From a virus (Duplodnaviria > Caudoviricetes), in IMG/VR virus record IMGVR_UViG_3300030372_000159, positions 1-37,280 of that record: a stretch of 37,280 nucleotides of DNA; one strand, written 5' to 3'. A program made the position numbers and the translations under genes. Shown here piece after piece: positions 25,422 through 35,800 of this stretch. The notes under the pieces were generated by a model. The model ran no database searches and had not been told where the DNA came from. It saw only the letters and a list, made by a program, of their open reading frames with translations. Positions within the stretch are counted from its first letter, which is position 1; each line of letters begins with the position of its first letter.

Positions 25422-26030
25422 ATGGCTGTAGCTGCAACCACAGAACTTGAATGTATTAATATAATGCTTGCTGCAATAGGCGAAGCACCTATTAATACGC
25501 TGACTGGTACTCTTCCAGTAGATGCTGTTACTGCACAAAAAACTTTAGCTGAAATAAATAAAGACGTACAAAATGAAGGTTGGTCTTTTAATCAAGAGTT
25601 TAATGTTGTACTAACTAGAGATGGTAGTAATCAAATTGCTATTGGTACAGATGTGTTGAAAGTAGATCCTAATGTTTTTGATCACCCAACCATTGATGCC
25701 ATACAAAGAGGTTTACAAATGTATGACAGAAAAAATAATACTTTTGTTTTTGATGAAGACTTAACTTGTAATGTTACTTACTTTAGAAATTTTGATGAAT
25801 TACCTGAATCTGCTAGGCGATATATAAACGTAAGAGCAGCAAGAGTATTTGTAGATAGATTGGTTGGAGATGATGGGTTAAGAACTTATACAGCACAAGA
25901 TGAAGCAAGAGCAAGAGCAAACCTTATGGAAAATGATATGGATAATGCAGACCATAATGTTTTATCAGGCGACCCAAATCTTAATAATGCTATGAATACG
26001 TTTACACCTGCTGATGTTCTTAACAGATAA
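25422..26030 (+). CDS. Tail tubular protein A (T7 gp11)
   Basis: TELECINIMLAAIGEAPI, VQNEGWSFNQE, FDELPESARRYI. Confidence 0.93.
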   Translation: MAVAATTELECINIMLAAIGEAPINTLTGTLPVDAVTAQKTLAEINKDVQNEGWSFNQEFNVVLTRDGSNQIAIGTDVLKVDPNVFDHPTIDAIQRGLQMYDRKNNTFVFDEDLTCNVTYFRNFDELPESARRYINVRAARVFVDRLVGDDGLRTYTAQDEARARANLMENDMDNADHNVLSGDPNLNNAMNTFTPADVLNR

Positions 26031-26032
26031 CT

Positions 26033-28480
26033 ATGGGAATAGTATCAAGATCAATACCCACACTACTTAGAGGTGTATCACAGTCTTCAGACTCTTCTAA
26101 ACAGTCAGACCATGCTGATATTCAAGACAATGCTGACAGCAACCCAGTCGTAGGTCTAGTAAAAAGATCAGGCATACAGCACGTTACAAACCTTAGTACT
26201 AGCACACTAGGTAATGTTCATATTCAAACTATAAATAGAGATGTCAACGAAAGATATGTAGCGATATTTAGTAATGGCAATGTAAAAGTATATGAGTTAG
26301 ATGGCACAGAAAAGACAGTAACAAAACCAGACGGAACTGCATACCTAAATACTTCAAATCCTAGAGATACAATTAAGACTGTAACTATTGCTGACTTTAC
26401 TTTTGTTGTTAATACAAATCAAGTAACTGCAATGGATTCAACTTTATCCGCAGGTAACATTACACAAGCAATTATCTTTGTAAAACAAGTTTCTAACGAT
26501 ACTGTCTATTCTGTTACTGTTGATGGTGTGACTGTAACTGATGACACAACTAACGATTCATCTCTCAGCACATCACAAGTTGCTTCTGATTTGCAGTCAG
26601 GTCTTAATTCAGGATTATCTGGTTTTACTATTGCAAGAAGTGGAAGTGTTATACATATAAAAAAGAATGATGGTAGTAATTTTGCTATAGATGGTACTGA
26701 TACTCAAGGTAATACTCAGTTAACGATAGTAAAAAATTCAGTTCAAAGATTTACAGACTTACCTGCTGTTTCTCCTAATGGAATGGTGGTAGAAGTTAAA
26801 GGAGATGAGAGTACTAACTTTGATAATTACTATGTTAAATTTGTTACTAATAATGGTAATGCTTTAGAAGAAGGTCAATGGGAAGAAACAGTAGAAGCAG
26901 GTATTCAATTTAAGTTTGATTACGCTACTATGCCACACGTCTTGATTAGACAAGCAGATGGTAATTTTAGATTTGCAAGAGTTGATGGTGACACTTACAC
27001 CTTATCAGGAGTAACTTATACGTTACCTGTATGGGGAGAAAGAACAGCAGGAGATACGGAGTCTGCAAAAGACCCTTCATTTATTGGTAGTAAAATAAAC
27101 AACGTATTCTTTTTTAGAAACAGATTAGGATTTTTAGCAGATGACAATGTAATACTATCTAATGTTTCAGAGTTCTTTAACTTTTTTCCTGATACAGTTC
27201 TTACTGTAGTTGACTCACACCCTATAGATGTAGCTGCTTCTCATACAAAGGTTGCTATTCTTAAACACGCAGTCACGATGGGAGAACAGTTAATATTATT
27301 TTCTGAACAAACACAATTTGTCCTTTCTAGTTCAGCAGATAACTTAACACCAACAACAGCTAACGTACTTGTATCAACAGAGTTTGAATCTTCAGATGAT
27401 GCTGCTCCTGTAGGTTCTGGTAATTCAATTTACTTCTTAACTAGAAAAGGTAATTTTGCAGGTATTCGTGAATATATTACCCAGACTAGCGAAACCGCTA
27501 GAGATGCAGCAAACATAACTATTCATGTACCAAGACTAATACCAAGTAATATTTTTAAATTAGCTGTATCTAATAATCAGGATATTCTTGTTTGTGTTGG
27601 AACTGATAACCCTAATAAATTATTTATAAATAGATGGTTGTTTGGTAATCAAGGACAAAAGGTTTTGAATAGTTGGTTTACTTTTACTATTAATGAAAAC
27701 AGGTCTATCAAAAATGTTGACTTTATAGGTACTGATTTGTTTTTAGTTATAGAAGAAGCTAATACAGTTACTTTAGAAAAAATACCATTTGAGTCTGATT
27801 TTAAAGAAACCAATGCAGACTTTGAGTTTCATTTAGATCATAAAGTAACTGAAGCAAACGTAACAGTTGCATATAACTCATCTACTGATAAGACTACTTT
27901 TACTCTGCCTTATAGACTTAGAGCAAAAATGGATATAGTAGGTAGATACTTGGCAAGTAATGAAACAAGTACGTTTGTTGACATTAATGGAGTAACACAA
28001 ACCTTAAAACCTGCAACAGTAATACAATCTACAAACTTAACTAATGGTTCAACAACAACAATAGAAGCAAATGGAGACTATAGAAATGCAAAAGTAATTA
28101 TAGGAGAACCTTATGATATGCACTATAGATTTAGTAAGCAAAGAATAACTGAAACCCCACAACAGAATAGTGCTGAGATTATTAGTAGCAGATTACAACT
28201 ACATCATTTCTATATAAAGTTTGAGAAGAGTGGATTTTTTCAAGTAGAAGTAACACCTGAGTTAAGAGACACTAGCACTCATAAATTTAGTGGTCGATTT
28301 TTGGGTGCTGCTTCTGCTGCGATAGGTCAGCTTAATTTAGAGACAGGTACATTTAGAGTTCCAATAATGAGCAGAGCCGATAAGGTTGATATAGATGTAA
28401 AAAATAGAACATTCTTACCAACACTATTGGCTAGTGCAGAATATGAAGCTATGTTTCACATGAAGAGTAGGAGAATGTAA
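26033..28480 (+). CDS. Tail tubular protein B (T7 gp12)
   Basis: SIPTLLRGVSQ, TMPHVL, GDTESAKDPSFIG, FFRNRLGFL, DSHPIDV. Confidence 0.95.
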   Translation: MGIVSRSIPTLLRGVSQSSDSSKQSDHADIQDNADSNPVVGLVKRSGIQHVTNLSTSTLGNVHIQTINRDVNERYVAIFSNGNVKVYELDGTEKTVTKPDGTAYLNTSNPRDTIKTVTIADFTFVVNTNQVTAMDSTLSAGNITQAIIFVKQVSNDTVYSVTVDGVTVTDDTTNDSSLSTSQVASDLQSGLNSGLSGFTIARSGSVIHIKKNDGSNFAIDGTDTQGNTQLTIVKNSVQRFTDLPAVSPNGMVVEVKGDESTNFDNYYVKFVTNNGNALEEGQWEETVEAGIQFKFDYATMPHVLIRQADGNFRFARVDGDTYTLSGVTYTLPVWGERTAGDTESAKDPSFIGSKINNVFFFRNRLGFLADDNVILSNVSEFFNFFPDTVLTVVDSHPIDVAASHTKVAILKHAVTMGEQLILFSEQTQFVLSSSADNLTPTTANVLVSTEFESSDDAAPVGSGNSIYFLTRKGNFAGIREYITQTSETARDAANITIHVPRLIPSNIFKLAVSNNQDILVCVGTDNPNKLFINRWLFGNQGQKVLNSWFTFTINENRSIKNVDFIGTDLFLVIEEANTVTLEKIPFESDFKETNADFEFHLDHKVTEANVTVAYNSSTDKTTFTLPYRLRAKMDIVGRYLASNETSTFVDINGVTQTLKPATVIQSTNLTNGSTTTIEANGDYRNAKVIIGEPYDMHYRFSKQRITETPQQNSAEIISSRLQLHHFYIKFEKSGFFQVEVTPELRDTSTHKFSGRFLGAASAAIGQLNLETGTFRVPIMSRADKVDIDVKNRTFLPTLLASAEYEAMFHMKSRRM

Positions 28481-28932
28481 TGGGTCATTTAAGAAAATGT
28501 ACATTAAAAGACTTGCATCATGTCTCTAAGAATATGAGAGATATGGATAGATTAGAAGCTTTATATCAAACAGGACAAGACCCAGATACAGCATTAAAAG
28601 TTAGTTATTTAGCAAGTAAAGTAGTTATGGCTATCTGTGGAGATAATGATAATCCTATTGGTATCTGTGGTGTAACTCCTAATGGTTGTATCTATATGGT
28701 TGCTACAGAAGAATTATTTTCTAATGATAAATATAAAATACAACTAATAAGACAAGGTAGGAAATGGGTTAATGATTTGCTCAAATCATATAAAATTCTA
28801 TACAATGTAGTATATGCTGAAAATAAAAAAGCTATGAAGTGGTTACAGACTTTAGGTTTTAAGTTTATTAAATATCATAAGGAATATGGACAACATAAAA
28901 AACCATTCGTTGAATTTTCGAGGATAGTCTAA
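28480..28932 (+). CDS. Internal virion protein A (T7 gp13-like, GNAT-like fold)
   Basis: MRDMDRLE, LYNVVYAENKKAMKWLQTLGFKF; synteny. Confidence 0.8.
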   Translation: MGHLRKCTLKDLHHVSKNMRDMDRLEALYQTGQDPDTALKVSYLASKVVMAICGDNDNPIGICGVTPNGCIYMVATEELFSNDKYKIQLIRQGRKWVNDLLKSYKILYNVVYAENKKAMKWLQTLGFKFIKYHKEYGQHKKPFVEFSRIV

Positions 28933-29537
28933 TGTGTTTTGTTGCAGGACTATTTGGAATAACAGGAGCAGCAGGTAATTTACTTAACGCTTCGCTTGCT
29001 TTGAGTGCTGTAACAGGAGTAGCAGGTGCAGCTTCTAAAAATAGAGTTGCTAGAGAAACAGCATCATACGCATATCAAGCAGCAGAAAGAACAGCTAGGT
29101 CTGCTGACGCTGCATTAACAGCACAACAAGAAGCATTAAACTCACAATTACTAGAAAGGAGGGCTGATGCTGCACAGAAGAAGTTAGCAAAAACTATAGA
29201 AGGATTACAGGCCAGAGGTAAGGCAGCAGCAACAGAAGGCAGGTCAGGTAGATTAATAGAACTTATACAAATGGATATTGAAAGACAAACAGCAGGATTG
29301 AGAGAAAGTCTTGAACAGTCTTTACAATCAGCAGAAGCACAATATGGTAGAGATGCAGCAGCTATAGTTTCACAAAGAGATAGCAGAAGAAATCAAGCAT
29401 TAGATATAGGTAATCGAGGATATACACAAGCAATGCAGAACTATCAAGGACTGCTACCTACTATAGGAAACATAGCTTCAACTGGATTACAGACTTATTT
29501 AGGTCTTGATGCAGGACAAAAAACATTTACTGACTAA
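28932..29537 (+). CDS. Internal virion protein B (gp14-like)
   Basis: MC start, Ala-rich helical, ARG..AA.EGRSGR; synteny. Confidence 0.8.
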   Translation: MCFVAGLFGITGAAGNLLNASLALSAVTGVAGAASKNRVARETASYAYQAAERTARSADAALTAQQEALNSQLLERRADAAQKKLAKTIEGLQARGKAAATEGRSGRLIELIQMDIERQTAGLRESLEQSLQSAEAQYGRDAAAIVSQRDSRRNQALDIGNRGYTQAMQNYQGLLPTIGNIASTGLQTYLGLDAGQKTFTD

Positions 29538-32500
29538 TGACTTCATCAGGTTTTCAATCATTTACAACACCTAGAGATACCTTTGTTTCTCAAAGTACAC
29601 AACCTGCTATAAACACACAAGATGGTTTGTCTCAAATTGCACAGACACTAGCTGTTATAGAACCTAACTTGCAAAAATATATAGTAAAAAAAATAAAAGA
29701 TATAAAAGAAGAAGATGTAGCAGAAGCACAAACAGCAGGTGCTAAATCAGCAAGAACATATACAAACGTAGAAAAACTTTTATTTCCTGAAAATGTTGAA
29801 TTAGACGAAACATCACAAGCATACGCTACAAGTTTGGCAGCGTTAAAGAAAACACAAAAACAAACGGATATAGAAATAACTAGAGGTAAAAGTATATGGT
29901 TTAAAAACGCATACGAAGAAGCTAAAGCTATAACACTTGGTAAGAATTTTAAATCTGAAATATCAAGTGATTATCAGACGTACAGAGTACCCGACTCCGT
30001 AACAGGAGAAATGAAACCACTATCAGCATATCCTTTTCAAAGTGCTGAAGTACAAAACTTTCTTGGTCAATACAGAAATAAAAACGTAGAAGCAGCAAAC
30101 ATAAGTGAGTTTTATTTTAATAGATCATTTTTGCCACAGATAGAAGAAGGAGTAAAAGACTTTGCAAAAGACCACGACAAAGATCATGCTTTCTTTAAAT
30201 TAGAAGAATACAAAAAGACTGTAAAAGAAGATTTAGGTCTTATATATTTTAGTTACATCAGAAATGTTACTACTGCTAATAAAGAAAATAGACAACCAAA
30301 TTTAGAACAAGAAGCTAATGATATAAAAAATCTTGTAGAAAACATAACCCAGATATATCAAGCAGAAGATTTATCTAAGTTTTATGACGAGGTGTTGATT
30401 CCATTTATAACAGAACGTGGGGTGCTAATGGCATCTATGACAGAACTGGGAGATGAAAGATTTGATATGGCAATAGATTTCTTGCAACAGTTTCCTAATT
30501 TATTTCCTAGAAAATTAAAGACTAAGACTGAAGTTATAAATGGAGAAGTAGTAGTTAATCCAGTATTAGATAAAGAAGGACAACCAGAATATTTTACTAA
30601 TAATGTTTTACAGAATAAAAAAGACTACGAAAAAAAAGTTAATGCAGCAATTAAAAGTATTAATGCACTAAGAATACAAAATCAAAAAATAAATAGTCCT
30701 AGAGAGTTAAATTTAAAAAAGAAAGAAATGAAAGATTTGTTGCTGTTGCCAAATCCGAATGAAGAACAAAGAAAAAAAATATTAGAGATAGCATCAAGTG
30801 ACCCTAAAGCGTTGACTTGGTTAAAGAACAATAGAGATACATACAGAGTTTATAGTGAAGAAGGTTACAATCAAATACTTTTTGAATTAGAAGGAGGGAA
30901 GATAAGAAACGAACAGTTAGCTTATACCAAAATAAATGAGTGGTATGCAAATACTTTGAAGCTACCAAAAGATCAAGAGAGAAAAGATAAATTAATTGGT
31001 CTTATAGATAGAGAAGTTAACGAAGAAAGAAATCATGCTCATTCAACAGCGACAAGAATAATACAAGGTAAATCATTGTATTTACAAAATATTATTAAAA
31101 GTAAAGGAACTGACGATATGAAAATAGTAGATCAATTAACAGAAACTATAGAAAGTGTAAGAACTAAGTTAGTTGATTATTCAGTAACTAAAAGAGTATT
31201 TGTAGAAGGAGAAAAACCAAGATACCCAACACTACAAGAAATTGACAATTATGGAGAAGAGCTAAGACAAGCTATGGAAAGCAGATTAACAGCTATACAA
31301 AAATTTGTTTCTGATGACACAGGCATAAATCCTACTATAAATGTTTTGTCTCCTGATTATAAAAATCAAGAAAGAAAATTAGCTAGGACACAAATATTTG
31401 ATATAACAAAAAATGTTATAGGAAAACAAACTATAGGTGCAGATGGCAATAGAACAAAACCAACTCTTGAAGATATTGAATTAAGTTATGATTTTATTGT
31501 AGAAGATGTAAACGCAGAGTTTTTAATAAATCAGTTTTATAACGAAGATGGTAGTCAGACTTCTGGACAAAAAGAACAATTAGCTCAGTTCTTAGAACAG
31601 CTAGATATATCTAAAGAAGATATAGAAAAATATAAATTAGTAAAAGTTTTTGACGATATAGGATTTGATATTACAAAGAACTATCCAAGTCTTACTAAAA
31701 CTATAAATGAATACAATGCACAGGATATACCACCAGATGATAGCGGTGGAGTAACTACAAATGATTTGCCAGAAGCACCAATAAAAGATTTTGACAAATT
31801 AAGCAGAGAAGACAAACTAGAAGTAAACAGAATACTTGGTAGAGAAGTTTTTAAACCAAAAGATTTAAAGGTGGTTACACCAGAAGCAGTTGATGAAAAC
31901 GTACAAAATTCAAATGTTTCAGGTGAGTCTAAAGTTAAGACAACAAAAGACTTAAATTTAAGCAAGGTCATATCTGACATATTTATACCACCTGTTAATG
32001 CTACAGAAAATGATTTAATTGCTTCAGGAGATGTGCCAGCACCAATAGGAGCAGGAGAAAACTTTATGAATAGATTTAATATGTATTTACAAACTGCTTA
32101 TGGATTTGATACTGATAGTGCCATATATAAAAATATGCCTAACTATATGAAGGTAAATCTAATGGGTTCATATCAAGATGAACAGGCAGCAGAGATAGCA
32201 GAAAAAGAAACAGAGCAACCAGAAACAACAGTAGGAGAATTCTTACCAACTCAAGATTTATCTGAAGTAAGAAGTGATATAACTCCAAACTTAGGACTAA
32301 GAGATGGCAGTCTTATAGCTATGGCCTTCCCACTAGAAGGTAGAAAAATAGGAGAACAGACAGATACAAAAGTAGTTATTAATAAACAACCTAGTGGAGT
32401 AAAACGTATGGAAGCAAACTTCCCTGTTATCTACAAGTTAGCAAAAGAAGTTGGTATAAAATTCCCTGAGATAGTAGCAGCACAATTCTCTGTAGAATCA

Positions 32501-32851
32501 GATCATGGACTAAGCGTTACAGGTAAAAATAATTACTTTGGTATAAAAGCAACACAATCTGAGATAGATGCAGGTCAGTCAACACTAGCACCTACATTTG
32601 AAGAAATAAATGGTAAGAAGGTAAGAGTAATGGCACACTTTAAAAACTTTGAGAGTATAAAAGAATCACTTGAACACTATAAAAAATTCTGGAATGATAA
32701 TTATTTAGACAGAAAAGGTATTTCTACAGTAGATACAGTTGAGAAAGCAGTTAAACTATTAAAAGATAATGGCTATGCTACTGACTCAGATTACATTAAA
32801 CTGGTATTAGAAGTCATTAGAGATGCTCAAAGAGAACCCCCCTTGTACTAA
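29537..32851 (+). CDS. Internal virion protein C (gp15-like) with C-terminal GH73/FlgJ-type glucosaminidase
   Basis: Synteny; C-terminal AAQFSVESDHG, NNYFGIKA, FKNFESIKES, GYATDSDY. Confidence 0.85.
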   Translation: MTSSGFQSFTTPRDTFVSQSTQPAINTQDGLSQIAQTLAVIEPNLQKYIVKKIKDIKEEDVAEAQTAGAKSARTYTNVEKLLFPENVELDETSQAYATSLAALKKTQKQTDIEITRGKSIWFKNAYEEAKAITLGKNFKSEISSDYQTYRVPDSVTGEMKPLSAYPFQSAEVQNFLGQYRNKNVEAANISEFYFNRSFLPQIEEGVKDFAKDHDKDHAFFKLEEYKKTVKEDLGLIYFSYIRNVTTANKENRQPNLEQEANDIKNLVENITQIYQAEDLSKFYDEVLIPFITERGVLMASMTELGDERFDMAIDFLQQFPNLFPRKLKTKTEVINGEVVVNPVLDKEGQPEYFTNNVLQNKKDYEKKVNAAIKSINALRIQNQKINSPRELNLKKKEMKDLLLLPNPNEEQRKKILEIASSDPKALTWLKNNRDTYRVYSEEGYNQILFELEGGKIRNEQLAYTKINEWYANTLKLPKDQERKDKLIGLIDREVNEERNHAHSTATRIIQGKSLYLQNIIKSKGTDDMKIVDQLTETIESVRTKLVDYSVTKRVFVEGEKPRYPTLQEIDNYGEELRQAMESRLTAIQKFVSDDTGINPTINVLSPDYKNQERKLARTQIFDITKNVIGKQTIGADGNRTKPTLEDIELSYDFIVEDVNAEFLINQFYNEDGSQTSGQKEQLAQFLEQLDISKEDIEKYKLVKVFDDIGFDITKNYPSLTKTINEYNAQDIPPDDSGGVTTNDLPEAPIKDFDKLSREDKLEVNRILGREVFKPKDLKVVTPEAVDENVQNSNVSGESKVKTTKDLNLSKVISDIFIPPVNATENDLIASGDVPAPIGAGENFMNRFNMYLQTAYGFDTDSAIYKNMPNYMKVNLMGSYQDEQAAEIAEKETEQPETTVGEFLPTQDLSEVRSDITPNLGLRDGSLIAMAFPLEGRKIGEQTDTKVVINKQPSGVKRMEANFPVIYKLAKEVGIKFPEIVAAQFSVESDHGLSVTGKNNYFGIKATQSEIDAGQSTLAPTFEEINGKKVRVMAHFKNFESIKESLEHYKKFWNDNYLDRKGISTVDTVEKAVKLLKDNGYATDSDYIKLVLEVIRDAQREPPLY

Positions 32852-35800
32852 ATGTCTGAAGAAGTAAAACAACTTATCGAAACACAGACAGGAGGAGAAG
32901 CGGTAGATATCGATGTCGATAAAGTTGTTAACGAAATAGTAGAAGAAGAAAAATCAGAAGTTGTAGCTAAAGATTTACCACAAAAAGAAGAAGAAAAAAT
33001 AGAAGTAAACAGAGTTGAAACTGAAACAAATAAATTAGCAACTAAAGAAATTAATAACTCAGAAAATATTAATCCTATAGATAAACCTGCAACAGAAGAA
33101 ACATCTTGGTTTGGTGGTCTTAAAAATTGGTATGACGAAAAACTTGCAGAGAATGAAAGAAAGTATGCAGACTCTAAAAAACAGATGGACGAGAATACAA
33201 AAATATTACAAAAGTCAGTTACAGGTAAAATTATTAGAGGACTTATAAATGGTCGTATAGCAAGCATCAATGAACTTTATGAGTTTGGAGATGATGTCTT
33301 AGACTTAGTAATGGGCGATCTGTATAATTCAGAAAGACCTGCTGATTTTGATTTAATAGGTTACAAAGAAGGTAGTACAAACTTTGGATTTCAAAGTCCT
33401 ATTGGAGGAGAGTTTGAAGATGATGAAGGTGCTGTTTATGGTATATCAAAAGCTATAAGTCAATGGATTATACCAACAGGACTTGTTGCTAAAAGTCTTA
33501 AAAAAATAGGTCTTAAAAAATTTAGATATGCAATAGCAGGTGGTGTCGTTGACGCATCATTAACAGATCCTTATGACGCTAACTTCTTTGATTTTATAGA
33601 AGACAGATTTGACGTAGCTAATCCTGTTTTAGATTTTTTAACTACACCTGAAACAGATGCAGATGAATTTGAAAAGGCAGCTAGAAGATTAACAGCAGTC
33701 ATGCAAGGTTTTGTTGTTGGAGAAGGAATTATAGGAAAAGGATTACCTGTGGCAGGTAAGGTTGTTAAAGGTATAGGCGATAAAAGTTTGCAGACATTGT
33801 TTGGAATAAAAGACATTACAAAAGAATTAGCAGGTAAAAATGGAAATCAATTAATTGATTTTGTAATGGAGCAGTTCTACAACATGAAGAAAAATCCTAA
33901 ACGAAGATCAGTTATTATTGCAAAATTAAACGACATAATACAAAAGAATGGTGCAGATATAAACAAAATAGAAGTTGATAATGTTGATAATAACCTTTTA
34001 GTTAGTCTTAATAACTATAAAAAAAATCTACAAACAAGTAAAAAATTAAAAAAATATTTTACAGATACAGTTGGTGGAGAAGGTAAATCATTATTTGGAG
34101 TACCACTAAAAGGTTCTAAGATAACAAGAACCTTTAATGCTCATCATTTATATACAAAGTTTTTTGTAGATATGAAAGGTCGTACTGACCCTAACGCAGT
34201 CTTTGAATATATAAGTGCAAGAGCAGCAGTTATTAAAGAAGCTAATAAAAAGAATGTAAGATCATTAGATAATATGTTTCAAAAGGCTAGAACACAACTG
34301 CCTTTAGATACTTATAATGCTTTATCTGATTTTGTAGAAAGGTATGGAGCAGGTGGAGAAGTAGATTTACAAGCTAGTGTTATTGCAATGAATGATTTAA
34401 TTTTAGAGTCAGGAATTGTACTAAGAGATTTGTCTAGTCAAATGCACGAGATGTTAAAACTTAGCAAGTCAGGCAGTATGAATGGTGATTTATATGATGT
34501 ATTAAAAAAAGATTTTGCTTTTACTCTTAAATTTTTAAGTGATACTTTAAATGTAAAAAATGCCTTTGGTAGTGAAATAGGTAAGACTCTTGCAGTAATG
34601 CAAAAAACATCAGGAGATATACCAAGAGGATTAGATAATTATTTAAAATCAAGCAATGCAGATAGAGTAATAACTGATTTAAAAACAGCAGATAGCTTAT
34701 TAGAAAAATCAAATATAGAAGACCCACTAGGAAACTTTACAGTAGATCAGATATTAAAACTAGCAGACTCAGGAGATACTAAAGCGTTAATGAAAGTTAC
34801 TCAGCAACTACATTTAGCAGCAACTAATCCAAAGGCATTGAAAATAATATTAAAAGCACAAGCAGGTAATCCTGTTATAAAAATTACTAATGAATTATTT
34901 ATAAATTCTATTTTGTCTAGTCCAATAACGCATCAGGTCAATATGATTTCTACTGCTTTAAATACAGCAGTAAGACCATTACAAAAAGTTGTTGGTGGAG
35001 TAGCAGAAAGAGATCCAGCAATAATTAAAAGAGCAATAAAAGATTTGTATTATTTGACTACTGCAAGTCTTGAGTCTATGTATATGGCAGGAAGAGCATT
35101 TATGAACAATGCAAATATAATTGACTCTGCTAACCAGACTGTTGATATGTCAAAACTAAACGCTATAGATGTATCTGAAAGAGGATTTGGAATAAAAGCA
35201 ATACATGGATTTTATACTTTGCCACAAAGATTTCTTATGGCAGAAGATGAATTTTTTAAACAAGTAAATTTTAGAGCTTTTCTTAGAGCAGAGATTTGGG
35301 AAAGAGCTAGTAAAATGAAATTTAAAGATAACGACTCATACAATAAATACATAGAAGGTCAATTTAAAAAAGTAATTGACGTTGTAAATAAAGAATCAAT
35401 GCTAGGTAAATTATCAAAACAAAACGCTTTGTTATATAAAAAAGCTAGACAATATGCACAAGAAGCAACTTTTACTGAAGACTTGATGAAAGGTACATCA
35501 GGCAAATTTGTACAAGACTTAGTTAACGATCAGCCTTTGCTACGTCAGATAATTCCTTTTGTTAGAACTCCTTTAAACCTAATAAAACAATTTGGTAAAT
35601 CATTTCCTTTAACACCATATCTAGCAAAAAGTAAATTACTAAAAGAAAATTTTGCTTTTGTAAAAGAACAAGCAGAAGAACTAGCATCTTCAGATGCAAG
35701 TGTAAGAGCTATAGCCAAAGGTAGAACAATAACAGGTGGTATGTTTTGGGGTGTAGGACTTACTGCTGCTTACAGAATTAATGACCCAACAGCAAAAGTA

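Noticed and set aside
12271-34727. Remaining minus-strand ORFs in the track (e.g. 14635..14949, 20824..21294, 21832..22188, 23888..24154, 32848..33270)
   Set aside because: All lie opposite well-supported plus-strand genes and have no recognisable motifs.
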